A DNA stretch of 61,715 nucleotides, counting the filler, from Diploschistes diacapsis (taxonomy: Eukaryota): the NCBI GenBank assembly GCA_023645945.1. It is 5 parts of 5 records of this genome, joined end to end, with 100 filler letters (N's around TTAATTAATTAA, not from the genome) between each part and the next. Parts side by side here need not be neighbours in the genome. Positions count along the whole stretch, not along the records: positions 1 to 25,865 come from JALAIB010000197.1; 4 more parts are not named here. The stretch is one strand, 5' to 3'. Shown piece after piece: positions 1-13,891 of this stretch. Positions within the stretch are counted from its first letter, which is position 1, and every line of letters begins with the position of its first letter. The notes under the pieces are model-generated. The model did not search any database. It saw only the letters and a program-made list of their open reading frames with translations, and was not told where the DNA came from. The position numbers were made by a program, and so were the translations under genes.

Positions 1-28
1 GGGAGAGGGAGAGGGAGAGGGAGAGGGA
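1..28 (+). repeat. (GGGAGA)n hexanucleotide microsatellite, truncated by window start
   Basis: gggagagggagagggagagggagaggga read directly. Confidence 0.85.
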
Positions 29-437
29 AGGCTTTGCGATGGCTGTTGTGGAGAGGCTTGATGGTCTGAATTGGAAGGGACGGATCAGAGCGACAGGTCA
101 ATTCAATGATTATGAGAATATAATCCATGGATCGGGAACTATCAATTTGCTAGACACTTGCTGATATACACGTAGCCCCAGAACACGTGGATATTACTTG
201 AATTACTCGATTAGCTACAATTACACAACGCATCTTCGCCCTGAACGCTTTTGCAAATGCTTCCCAACTGACAAGATAGCCCTCCTAATATTGAACAAGA
301 ACTAGAGTGGAGTTCGCTGCTCATCCTCCAAATCCGCCAAGCTTTGCCCCCCCTCTTCCCAGTCCACGTCGGGTATTCGATTTACAGATGTGATGACATC
401 GCGTGACAGGCTTAAAGGTGAAAAGTTTGTAGTGAGC

Positions 438-2367
<1,930 letters not shown>

Positions 2368-2467
2368 GATGAAAGGATACTGGAAAAAGAAGCTTTGACA
2401 GAAGGAGAGTAACGGTAGAGAGTTGTTGTCTGGGGGATACACAAGTTTTGGACTTCAGTGAGAGAGA

Positions 2468-2531
2468 GAAGCTTCAAGGTTCTCTGCAAAAATTTCTGGA
2501 GCAGCGATTAACCAAATGGAGCTTTCCAGAA
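2468..2531. promoter_or_regulatory. Heat-shock-element-like nGAAn inverted pairs upstream of hsp60
   Basis: GAAgcTTC (2468-2475), TTCtgGAG (2494-2501) and TTCcaGAA (2524-2531), 100-165 nt upstream of the ATG. TGCACGTGCA palindrome at 2577-2586. Only two-unit HSEs, so function is inferred. Confidence 0.5.
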
Positions 2532-3357
2532 TGCCAAGCCGGTGATAGGCGATAAGGGATCAGTACTGGATGTCTTTGCACGTGCATCTTGAGAGAACTT
2601 ACCTAGATACTATACACAGATGCTCGGTCACTCTAGGACTGTCGCTCTGTCACTTTTGCTCGGTCAGTTTGCCCCGTTTGGTGATTTCTCAACAGGAGTC
2701 TGTGAGCATTCCGGCCCAAAGGGAGCGGCATAGGAATTGTATCTAGCGCCTAAAGAGGAAGTTTTGAATCTCCGAGATGATGAACTCCTGAGATTTCTAG
2801 AACTACCTAATCGCCTGAGTGACTGTGCCTGGAGACCTGCAGTAGTCTTGAATCCCAGCCTTGCTTGCTCTAATTATTCCAAGAAAAACCCAAGTCAGCT
2901 CGACTCCGCCTGTTGTGGCCCTCTCTTTGTTCGTGAGCTCGCTTGCTGTATCGCTCAGGGTTAGTGGTTAGCCAGCAGCGTAAAGGAGAACGGATATGAT
3001 ATGATGTTCGAACTGAAACTGGCAGTCATGGGTGAATCAATCAGGTAAGTTTGCTCATGCTCACGCTCATGCCTCGAATATTGTCCCATTATCCTAAAGA
3101 TGTAACTAACCGATGTATGCTTCTTAGTATGCTGCTCAACTTGTTCCTCAATGCCTGCTGAGAACTGCTTCGCCGGACCTTCAGGTATACCTTACTTTCT
3201 GCCTCAACTCAGTATGAGCCATCGACGGAAGAGTGTCTTCCTCGAGGTTACTTGCAGCAACTTCCGGATAGTCAGTAATCCATTCCCTTATAAGCTTGGT
3301 TGTCAAAATCACTAAGCTTCTCATCTAGAACCCCTTCTCGAAGTTCTGTTCCTTCGA

Positions 3358-5146
3358 TCAAATCGCCCAGTCCTCTCCCCAGTCCTCGCCTTCAGCATCT
3401 TCATTCAGAGAGGTGTCGATGGCTTCTTCTGGTACGTTATTTCCCATTCCGAGAGCTCCTTCACTTCGAGCACTTTGTACTCCTATTAGTGCCGCATTAC
3501 CTCCATGGAATGCATTTACTCTATTAACACTAGTTGCTTGAGCATTCGGAATAAAGTGACCCATTTGGTTGAAGCTTGTGGACGTGCCCTGAGCTCCACC
3601 ATGGTTACTTGCCTGCCAGGCACCTTGCTGATTCGTCCTCAGAACCTCGGATCCGCTGGGAACCGGATTACCAGCCTGGTAATTAATTCCAACATCAAGT
3701 GGCATCATTGTGGGCACCTGATTCGCAACTGGACCAGCGAAACAGTTGCTAATGTTGATATCGGTGGCCATCTGGCTACTAGTGGCAGCCGGGATCGAAA
3801 AGTTCATCAGGTCGGTCATCTCCCAGTTGGTTGGCAGTGAGGTTGACGCAGTATTAGGAATGAGGTTACCCAGATAGCTTGTCATGCCATAGCCAGAGGT
3901 CATCGCAGGAAGCGTGGCGGCACCGAACACATCACTGGACTCACCGGCTGTGCCATAATTGACGTTTGTTGGAATGAAGCTTGTCATATCCATTATCTGA
4001 GAGCTTTGGCCTTGGTTGGTGTATGAAGGGTACAAGTGGGCTTGCTGCATGAACGGATTCAACTCTGTTGTGTACATTTCCCTCCCTTCATACGTGGCTA
4101 TAGATAAGTTAGACTCTATTTGAGTCATCATGGAGCTGGTTGGGTACAGACCTTGACCATTGGTCCTATACGAGGGCCGAGTGTTCGTGCCCTCGTATTG
4201 AGCACCCGGGTCGCCGTTGTACGACCAATTGGCGGCTGCGCCAACGAGCCCGTCTCCCGGAAAGCCAAAGCTGTTGTTGGCCAGGGTTTGGTTGTCGGCC
4301 AGGGTTTGGTTGTCGGCGTTCGTTGTCGCGAACCCGACAATCTCCTGGAGACGGTTACTCGAGTCCTCAGAAAAGCGGAGGGTCACAACCTTTGAGTCGG
4401 CATGGTCTTCTTCGCCGGCTGTCTCCTCCTCGTCGCCTTCAAGCTGATCGACCTTGCTTACCAAAGCGGTGCCGCCGGCGACGTACTCCTCATCGTCGTC
4501 GTCGGTATCCGACTCGCTCTCGTCCATCCACCATGCCCCACGTTTCTTGCCGATTTCAACACCGAGCGCCTGGCTCTCCTCCAACTTCACCTTCTTGTTC
4601 TTTGCGCGCTTGCTGGTGCGAGCTGGCAGAATTTTTTCTTTCCCTTTGCCAGTCTTACGCCTTGTTCGTCGCTTGCCTGGTACGAGCTCGGTTGCTTCTG
4701 TCTTTGGGACATATGATTCGTTTGAAGAGTCATACGTCCCTTTAAACCTTTTGGTCTTGTTCCCTTGGTTGGGATTATCGTCGTCGTTCTCGTTATAGTT
4801 CAACAGATTGCCTTCTATCTTCTTCCGCAGCTTCGCCAGGTGCTGGATAATTGCGTTTCCCGTTACGGAAGGCGCAACTTCGGGACCACATTTGTCCCAC
4901 GGTATTTTGATGCCGTCTTCCTTGCAGATCTTGTCGACTGCAAGGAGGAGCAGTATGTTTTGCTTCTCTGTGGAAATTGCAACTTTAGCTCATTTTATTT
5001 AGTCTTGACGACTGCGGAAGAGTATTGGATACGGAGTGGAAAGGGGTGGGGGACTTACCACTCCAACGGATGATTGAACGGGTTTTCGGGCGCTTTGGCT
5101 TGGCTACCCCAGTGGTCGCCATGTTCCGAGTTGGGAGTTTACCCAT
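3358..5146 (-). CDS. Cluster member A: N-terminal Myb/SANT-like domain protein with long basic/acidic then Q/N/M/S-rich tail; exons 5146(or 5122)-5059, 4967-3358
   Basis: Phase-1 intron GTAAGT(5058)...GCTAAA...CAG(4968) gives SIIRWSEKQNILLLLAVDKICKEDGIKIPWDKCGPEVAPSVTGNAIIQHLAKLRKK, which continues in frame into the 481-aa ORF. The W...LLL...W...A...HL.KL pattern fits a single Myb/SANT-like HTH (pattern recognition, no HMM run). Confidence 0.85.
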
Positions 5147-5270
5147 TTTGGTCGTTGGTTCGTTCAGTCTTGTCGCCTAGAGGGAGAACATGATATCAGC
5201 GGATGTGGTCTTCATGTCAGTGACCTTGGGCTTTGGAAGAGAATTCTTACTGATCGAATTCTCTTGTGCA

Positions 5271-5466
5271 GTGTTGCTTGCAGATGTTTCAAAGGTCTCT
5301 CGGTATTTCATGAGAGCTCTGGATCAACCAGCGTAAGGGACGAGACAAGCTGGCTTGGTCGTGGTTACGACAATGTGTCAGTTACGTCTACTTTCCTTCG
5401 TGCTCTCGCTGATGTTGCTCGCAGATGTATTCAAGGTCTCTTGAAGTCTCGTAAGAGCTCCTGAGC
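5271..5466. repeat. Diverged direct duplication (~141-nt spacing) inside the predicted 5'-UTR intron of member A
   Basis: gtgttgcttgcagatgtttcaaaggtctctc...gagagctctgga (5271) vs atgttgctcgcagatgtattcaaggtctctt...aagagctcctga (5412). Confidence 0.7.
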
Positions 5467-6170
5467 ACTGGCCAAAAGGAGAAGAAGAACTTGATCCGGT
5501 TATGATAGTGATAGTAGGTCAGCTATCTCAAGTTACTCTCTTGCTGTGAAAGCTAAATCTGGGAGAGCTCTACTCAACCCATGCACTCGCTAGGAACGAT
5601 GAGGTTGAATGGTGTATGTGGGATGTTGTGCGAAACGCTTCGGTGCATAGGGGGTGAAAAGGAGGACGAGGTACTTACCTAGTGAATTCCAGGTCGTCCT
5701 TACGTAACACCCTGATACTCGGGACTGGTATTGCCTAATACGGAAAGTAACGATCTCGAAGGAAGTGCTCTGCAAGTTTGAAAATAAGGTGTCTTACTGC
5801 CGAATGTGAGGTTGATCGTGAAGATGAACGGCACACGGAGGCAAAGGATGCTGACAACAATTTCTCGATTAGGCGAGCGGTAACGGACTGTGACCGCTTC
5901 TGACTTGTTCCCGTTAGAGGACTAGCTATGAGTTAGGTTGAGCTGCAAAGTGAGGCCATTAACTTCTCTTTGAATGGTAAGGATTTATCATGTGCAGCAC
6001 GATCTCAAGTCCACCTGGACGAATTAGTTGAAGACTTAACCCTAGAACAAGTGGTATTTCAATGCGTTTGCGAAATAGCACTGGCTGAGATCATGCAGTT
6101 GACGTACAGCCTTCGAATACAGACCAGGACACTGTCTCACCCTAGAAGATTATTCTGAGAATATTCACTG

Positions 6171-6972
6171 GAGAGCAAAGAGTGCTTCGGCGCCTTTACG
6201 AAGCTCCACGGTGTCGACCCACAAGAGGCCAGCGAGTGCTTCAATGGTTTTATGTAAGTCTACGGTGTAGATCCACGAGAGATTAGAGCGCTTCGGTGCT
6301 GCTACATAATTCTAAAATGTCGATAGGAGAGTAACGAGCGTTTTGACGTCTCTCTATAGCTTCACGGTATTGATTCGCAAAAGAGCAAAGAGTGCTTCGA
6401 TACCCCTATGTTACTCTGCTATTTCGAATCCACGCAAGAACAAAGACCGCTTCAACCTTTCTGGGTAATTTTATGCTGTTGACCCACGAGAGAGCCAAAA
6501 GCTGCTGCAAGGCCTTTCAAAGTTCTGCACAAGGTTTAAGAGTGGAACAACAAGGGGAGCTTTACCATCTTTGACGAACTTGTACGGAGTCACTCTATCA
6601 AAGCGCAAGGTGAGTATTAAAACTTCTACAACCTCTACAAATCGATTCATAAGAGAGCAAATATGATCGCATCGCCACTACGTATTTCTATGAAATTGGT
6701 CTACAAGTGAGCAAAGGGAGATTCAACGCTCCTACAGGCTCGCACGGGGTCAATCAGCAAAAGAGAAAGCGCAGCTTCAGGGTTCCTCTCAAGTTCCGGG
6801 GATTGACTGATAACAGAACAAAGGTAGCGTTAACGTCCCCACGAAAAATTACGGGGTCAATATACTGAAGAGTGATGGTAGGTTCAATTTTTCTACGGTC
6901 TTTAATGGAATCGATCCATCAGAGAGCAAAGACAGCTTCGACTTATATACGAACTCTCCGCGCTGTTGTTCC
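6171..6972 (+). repeat. Highly degenerate tandem array, ~15 units of ~54 bp
   Basis: Unit starts include 6171, 6225, 6279, 6381, 6653, 6707, 6761, 6814, 6868 and 6922. Approximate consensus GAGAGCAAAGANNGCTTC-N8-TAC/TAT-N6-TACGGNGTCGATCCACNA. Confidence 0.85.
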
Positions 6973-8922
6973 CAGCGAAAGGTTCCGGCATGCAAAAGCA
7001 GGCTACGATAGCACTCTTACTCTGAGTAACCGCCTCAAGAACTTGATAGACGAGCAAATACTTCGATGGGTTCACCCAGCCTCGCAGTCCCAAACCGAAT
7101 AGTAGAGCTCAAGCCTCTATTCGCTGACCACAACAGCAGACTCCGCTCTATACAGTGTGGATTACAGAGAGCCGCTGTGTCTAATAGCTAGGACTTGACT
7201 GGGTGAACAAATAAAATATTAGCGTCCTCCCGAGCTGTTGCCAGCTTCCAGATACAAACAGGAAGGACACCCTAAAAAGAGCTGAAATCAAGCATTGTAG
7301 GGTCACGGCATGCCTCATATAGCAATACCACAATCAGAAAAGCAACTTCTAGAGCTTGAAGAGGAAAGGAAGTGCTCCGACGTTCCTCTGGGATCACAAA
7401 GCGCACGGTTACAGGATACTATCTATAACTGATCATAAGTATTTAGAAGGGGTATCCGAAACTTCTAACTGGCCAGACTTTGAATTTGATGCCACTCAAG
7501 CAGAAAGGGGCGAAATCCGGGTTGATGGTTGGCCGGTGTCTTCGAACCACACTTTTGCATACTGCAATACCTGCCACATGTCAGAGGTACTGAATAGAAG
7601 AGCTAAGAGTACTTCAACATGCTTACCATCTGTGACAGGCTACATTCGCGCAGGGCCTTGAGATTTTCATAGAAAATGCCAGAGTGGCTGGCTCCAAGAA
7701 GATGGTTACTGAGAATAAACCGTTGACCGTTACAGACCTTCTAAAGTAAATAATCATCCAACTTCCTACACAGCTTGAACCCTTGCTCCAAGTTCTCAGG
7801 ATACTACAAGATAGTAGAAAACTCTTTGACATGCTTGTTAATTGCGGAGTGGATGCGGCGTTTTCCTTCAGCGACTACAAGATGCCTTAGAACATATGGT
7901 TGGCCCTGCGTAAGGACTACTGGTGTCGCTAATATTGTACAGCAAGTTACGCCCTGAACAAAGTTTCAACCTCCAGAAACATGCTAAGATAGCATTCTTA
8001 ACTCGGACAACAAAGTTGTAGGCAGCAAATCTAAGGTACCTGTAGGCTCTGAGCGCTCCGACAGAACCATTTGGGATATTCATCCTTTACATCTCCTTCT
8101 AAGAGACGTGCCTGTTTCTTCCGAAAACACAGAAAACACAGAAAAGAAGTCTACGACGCGCGAGGCAAAATTCCATGTTATGGAGTTTAGGGTCCGTAGA
8201 GTAGACTAGTAATCCATTCCAAAGAGGCGGCAGAAAGATATCCTCAAATCAATACTGTCATATTGCTCGCCCTGCGTTTCCACCTGAGAGTGCTGGGAAA
8301 GGGTATGATAAGAATTCGCCAGCTTAGGGACAGAGTGCTGTGCTGTGGAACCCATTCTGTCGATATAGCCAATATTTCTTGTATTTTGGGGGTAGTAACA
8401 CTTAAATATCAAGTCAAAGCCTTCACTAACCTATTCAATGTTCAAAAGCAGTTGTTTGAAGGTGCAGAAAGGTAGGTATCCCTCCGTGTCTAGCAGGCAA
8501 TTCTACCATAACAAGAGGTAAGCAGTACGCCCCAATGAAATTATTGAGCATATTAGACTCGGTAGGACACCTTAAGCATAGCTTCACTCGAGATGGCCGT
8601 CTCTAATACTTCTAATTACACTTGTGTAGCTCAAGAGCATGGCGAAGGAAAATAGGAGAACAAAGGGGTTCATGTTAAGCAACTCTCTTTCAACGCTTTC
8701 TGCAGCTCCCTGTGTCTTATAGCTACTGATATGTCCGCAGATTCTCTGAAAAGAATAAGTTCGGTCGAAATCATGGAATTTCAATCCACAACAAGTAGTA
8801 TCTTTGCTTAGCGAGTCCAAAAGCAATTAGTACACGCTTCTAGATTATCAAGTCAGTGGAGAGCGGACTTCATATCTTGAGAAGCGATATTAGTGTACAT
8901 ACTTTGCTGCAGCGAGTAGATC

Positions 8923-9605
8923 TCAATCGTCCTCTTCAAACTTGCGCTTTAGGGCTTGTCTCATTTCATACCCTTCGCCCGGCGCCGCCGACTCCTTGAT
9001 GTCCTCCTTACTAACCTCTCCGGCAACCTCTTCACCGATCTCAGTCTTGACCTTGGTGACCTTGCCTTTTCTCTTCGTAGGGCTCGAGTGCTCTATCTCC
9101 GGCGTTACGGCTAATGATCCCTTCTTCGAAGCCCCCTTCGCCTTCATTTTCAAAGGACTTCCATCGTCAAGTTCATCGCCAATGTCACTCGCGGCGTCCG
9201 CACCCCCTTTGCCTTTATGGCTGGGCTTGGAGCTAGGACCCCTAACTTTCTTCCGCAGGATCGCGTAGTGCTGCTTGATAGCGTCGGCGCTGCCGCCCAT
9301 CTCCTGGGCAATGGCTTCGGCATTGAGAACCAGGGTAAAGGGTTCCCGGTCTCTCGTGGATGAAGTCTTCAGAATAGCAAGTAAAAGTTGCTCATGAGTA
9401 GTGGCTGCAGCGAGAAAGTCAGTAGTGTGGTCGCGGACACAGGCAATATGACAAGTTGTAGGAAGATACTATGCCGCTCACTCTAGTATCGGAAACCCAG
9501 CTTGGGCCGGACACCAAAGGATACTGAAGAGCCCGTTCGAGCTATTCCATCGCTAAAGTACGTACAATTCCACTGGATTCCCTTTCCTATCTTTGGTTTC
9601 GCCAT
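8923..9605 (-). CDS. Cluster member B: small Myb/SANT-like protein with K/E-rich tail; exons 9605-9566, 9404-8923
   Basis: GTACGT(9565)...ACTGAC...CAG(9405), phase 1, gives MAKPKIGKGIQWNSTTHEQLLLAILKTSSTRDREPFTLVLNAEAIAQEMGGSADAIKQHYAILRKK...SPTKRKGKVTKVKTE...KRKFEEDD*. Confidence 0.85.
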
Positions 9606-10558
9606 ATTTGCAGGTTCTCCACAAGTCAACAAGTAATGTCCCTATCAGGTAAAGAGATTTGAGACCGTTGGAACAAGCTAGACCATGGTGTTAGCATAAT
9701 CTTTGGATATGATGGAACACTGACCGGTTTTTAGATTTTGTCGCTTAGGGGCAATGATATTTTAGAGGAAGCTGAATACTAAGGGTTGGTGAGATAGATA
9801 AAGAGAGCGTCACTAGATGTCCTACACTGTGCAGCTCCCGTGCCTTCGCCATCGAAGTGTGAAATGTAAGAGACCGAATATACTCAGGCTATTCTGCTAA
9901 CCCTTTGTGAACTATTTGGGAACTCCCTTGAATGTCAGAGGAGCTCGGGTCGTAGGGTGGTCCGATATGCCGCCATGGCGACGTGATTTCGGTTCTTATA
10001 TCTGGTGTTCATCAAGCCCATTTGATTCAGTCCACGCATATTCTTGATTACCTTTTTAAAGCGTCCTTTGAGTATCATGGCCCTTGAAACTATTCCATTT
10101 CACTCGCAGCTTCGAAGCCTTGTAATGCAACATTGCCATAAGCGAACAAAGTTGATTCGACCCCAGAGACACGATGACCCGAGTTCAGAGCTTCAGGACA
10201 TAATCTAAATAGCGTACGGTAGGTTATCATTCTATCATAGCATTAATTATTAACTAACATATCAAACAGCACGCAGAAATGGGTCATCTGCACTTGAGTT
10301 CGATCTGGAAAACATAATCTGACCTATAAGCATGAGGTATTCTATGTACGAGAGCAAGATTTCCATTGTTTAACATCGATTCGGCAGCAATATGTTAAGA
10401 GCCGGATAGAAGAATAAAATAATATTCTTAGGCAACTACTAATAGCACAGTTCGTTTCCAGACATCGCAATCGCCAACACTGAATGTGCACAACCGAGGA
10501 TCCCCATTATACTGGCATCACATTATTCCTTATGTTCTACGGATCCATGTCGTTTGAT

Positions 10559-11538
10559 TTAGTCGCCTTCTGCAAGGGAGCTTTCTTCCATCTTGTACCA
10601 TGTTCCGTCGAAGTCTGCGAATGCTTCAGTGGTAGGGTAAGGCAGGTTCCCTCTATGGCCCTGCTCAAGGGTTGAAGGATCGACCGTGCCCGGAACTGTG
10701 TAGTTCACGTTTCCCGCGTATCCGTCTTCAATAGCTTGCGAATGGCCGGGACCTGAAGCCAAGAATCCCATATGCTTGCCGTGTCCGTGTGAAAGATTTG
10801 GGAAGTCGGCCGTACCATCAGTGGAATACTTGAGCTTTCTGCCGTGTAATCCAAGCTCTGGCGTGTTTGCCTTGATATAGTCATTGAAGGCATGAATTGA
10901 ATGACCACTAGGTTCCCGTAGATCCATTCCGGTTGTCATTGGCAGTGGCATTAGCTGCGATCCGGTAAGACATTGGTCCGTTTCCCAAGGTTGAAGCTGG
11001 AATGTGTATTCGCCTGGGTACACGTCTGCTGAGGCTTCTTCCTTTACAGTTACATCTTCATGCTTGAGTCCGTGCCTGAATTCGTCCTTCACCGCGCGTT
11101 CTCCTTTCTTGCCTTTTTTGTTAGCGAACGCGAGCTTGGGTCTTTCTTTCTCCTCCTCGTCATCGTCACTGCTGACTTTGCGCTTCTTGGGTTTAGTGGT
11201 ATTGGCGTCCTTTTTGGATTGGCTGTCTGGACTATCTTTGCTGTTATATGGAGGCTCTGGGCCAATGGCATGAGCCTTCATCATACGCTCATAACGCTTC
11301 GCTCTGGATGGAAGGTAAATAATCAGCCGGACATAGTCCACCAGCACTCGGAGCGCTTTGCTTACGCTGCACCTTTGCTGCAGATGCCACACTCCTTGGC
11401 AACCTCCATGAAGTCGATCTATCATCGTGAGCAGCGGTAACATCTCAGCAAGGTAGACGCTCTTACACGGCCATTATTGGACCAGCGGATGCATGATATG
11501 AGGAATTTGAACTGATCATCGCTATTGAAGCGTACCAT
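10559..11538 (-). CDS. Cluster member C: fungal Myb-like DNA-binding domain protein; exons 11538-11467, 11418-11366, 11303-10559
   Basis: Two GT-AG introns give MVRFNSDDQFKFLISCIRWSNNGRIDFMEVAKECGICSKGAAAKRYERMMKAH. I recognise this as a widespread Pezizomycotina Myb-like motif (FL..CI.....G.+DF..VA....I....AA..RY.R). NLS-like PKKRKV follows. Confidence 0.9.
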
Positions 11539-12700
11539 CTTTATGGAGCCCACACAAAGTCTTGCTAATGTCTTGTGAATGAGAAGACTGTCGCGAGAAG
11601 GTATATGGTTAAGCAAGGACAAGATATTTAATTCGAAAGAATTAGGAAACAGTATGTGTTCACGGTCTTCTCTAACTTGTCAGGGCGGAGATAAGAGGAA
11701 ATAAAGCTATCGGAAACTTCAAGCTCGGTGCTGTCAGGAAGATTGACTGTGACAACAAGATACGTTGAGGAATGTCTGTCATTTAAAGAACACCTGTATG
11801 CCACAGTATACAAGCTCTGGAAAGAGATAGCCCATTAGATTTTCTACCCTATTGATCTTTGATGCGATATTGAAAGTTGATGACAGCGATATTTTTTAGC
11901 ATCTGTACGGGCCTGAAAGCAGCTAGCTGCAAGGCATAAAGCCATGGTGATTGCTGGCTGCATGATGTTCGGAGGCTCCGCAACTAACGAAGCTTTCTTT
12001 CATGCACTAAACATCTACAAGACCCTTAAGCGCAGACGGTGGAAAGACATAGAGCAGCGAATAGTGGCATTGTTTGTCCTGCATCTTCGTAGCTGCAAGG
12101 CGGTGAGATGTAAAGAACTTGGAAGCTCTTCATGCGCGATTCCGATGCAGCTAGCCGATTATGGAAAGAATTCGAGTTCTCAGTGCCAAGAAATTCAGGG
12201 GTTCTTGATATTAAGAATAACTTGCAGACCAACCACCTTTTCCGCCAGCTTAGGTGTGCACAAGAGCTGGAGGAATGCTTCAGATCATTTATAGGACAAG
12301 TTTGTAAGTTCTGGAGAGAGCTGCAAGTAGCTCGGGCCTATTTTGTGCTTGATCTTAAGTGTCCCCTGGGGCTCTTAAATGGGCATAAAGTGATGGAACA
12401 AGGTGTCTGGTTTCCAAATTATTCTTGATATCGCCTGTCGTGGTAGCACTGCGACTTAAAGGACAGAGTCTCATCTTTTATCCAAGGGATCCAATGCTTA
12501 TTTGGGTTGTGGTCTCTGCGACTAACGGGTTTAGTTACGCTCATTAAGATGTCTAAGAGTGTGCTCGGTCAGGTGAAGAGGTTGCTTCAGTGGAACTAGG
12601 CAAATAACTTTCAGAAGAAAGTGGGCAGACATCTAATCATTTGATCTGCTTTACACGTGGCGCACTCGCTCAGAGATTATCTTGAGGATCTGAGGTTACT

Positions 12701-12860
12701 CCTTCCTTCTTTTCTTTATCGCTGAGGCCCAACAACTTGACGCACTCGCCCAGAAATCAAAACTGACAATACCGAAGTTACCTTTTCCCCCGTCTTTCCA
12801 CCGCTGAGGCTTGACAACTTCACCTACACTATCACCTAACTAAGGAACTTCACTCTACGC
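12701..12860 (+). repeat. Short diverged direct repeats in the leader of member D
   Basis: cgctgaggcccaacaacttgacgcac (~12720) vs cgctgaggcttgacaacttcacctacac (~12802), with a partial third copy aacttcactctacgc (~12846). Confidence 0.55.
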
Positions 12861-12936
12861 TATCAGAACCTGGTGAGCAATCTTCCTACGCATCATAATT
12901 GTAATCGAAAGTAACGCATGAATCTCACCAGCTACA

Positions 12937-13519
12937 ATGTCCAGCGGAGCGGAAACTCAACCCAAGCGTGGTTCCAAGGCAGCAGGGTCCGGCCTTGACT
13001 ACCTCGGGATCGCCGTTGAAATCTGTCGCTATACAGACCGTAGTTCAACGGTAAGTACTATGCTCATACCACTCACGTTCGCAACTGTTTCTAACATTTT
13101 GGACAGATTGACTGGCAAGAAATAGCCAAGAGGGCCGGCTCAGCCTCTGTCGAATCAGTGCGTACCAATTGGAATAAGTTCAAGAAGAACTACGAGATGG
13201 TGCCGATGAACTCAGGCACCCGCCCTGCGAAGGCAACGAAGTCACAGGCTAAGGATGACGCCGTTCTCAAGCCTAAGTATGGTTTTCCACCTTATGCCAA
13301 CGGTCATTCAACTAAGTCTACTGCGTCAGAGCTACTAAGGTTACCAAGAGGAAGAAAGCCAGTCTCAAGCAGAAAGCAAAGGGGAAAGCCGAGCAAGAAG
13401 CAGCCGATATCACTAATGATATGAAGGAGCAAATCGATGCAATTTTTGACGAGAAGAACTCCGAGGCCGACTTAGTTGTGAAGGAAGAGGTTGCTCTCGA
13501 TGGTCCGGATGACGAGTAG
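12937..13519 (+). CDS. Cluster member D: small Myb-like protein with K-rich then acidic tail; exons 12937-13050, 13107-13276, 13330-13519
   Basis: GTAAGT...CTAAC...CAG and GTATGG...CTAAG...CAG introns give ...GLDYLGIAVEICRYTDRSST|IDWQEIAKRAGSASVESVRTNWNKFKKNY...LKPK|ATKVTKRKK...VVKEEVALDGPDDE*. Confidence 0.85.
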
Positions 13520-13891
13520 GAGAAAAGCTACACGAACGTGCGTGATGTGAGCTTGTCTCGTCGTGGAACGCATGACTTCCGGTCTTCCAGCTAGAAATCA
13601 GGCTGAAAGTATTTGACTGAAACACGATCACCTAGTAGTTCCTCATATAACTGTGCTCATGGTGTCCCAATCACTTATTTTTATCCACCAGAAGCTTTCA
13701 TCATACTCTACGAACACAACACAAGCTTGAGTTTGCAATTCATGCACAACCCTCTTTAAAGTCTTCCCTCCTCGTCTCCCTAATCTCTCAAAAGTCAAGT
13801 AATCCTTGTCAGATTCCTACCAATCTTTCTTTCCTTAATACTATTGATTCGCCTTACACGAGCCAACAACACTTTCCTGGATTCTTTCACT

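Noticed and set aside
6171..6972. CRISPR-like interpretation of the periodic array
   Set aside because: Eukaryotic context, no identical repeats with unique spacers, no cas genes; whole units are homologous along their length.
7310..7935. Protein-like + strand frames (MPHIAIPQSEKQLLELEEE...; EIFIENARV...LLK*IIIQLP...)
   Set aside because: Interrupted by stops, no consistent splice model and no recognisable family. Could be a gene relic but I cannot support it.
11944..12428. Two overlapping + ORFs (116 and 98 aa) between members C and D
   Set aside because: No Myb-like pattern, no confident intron joining them and no recognisable motif.
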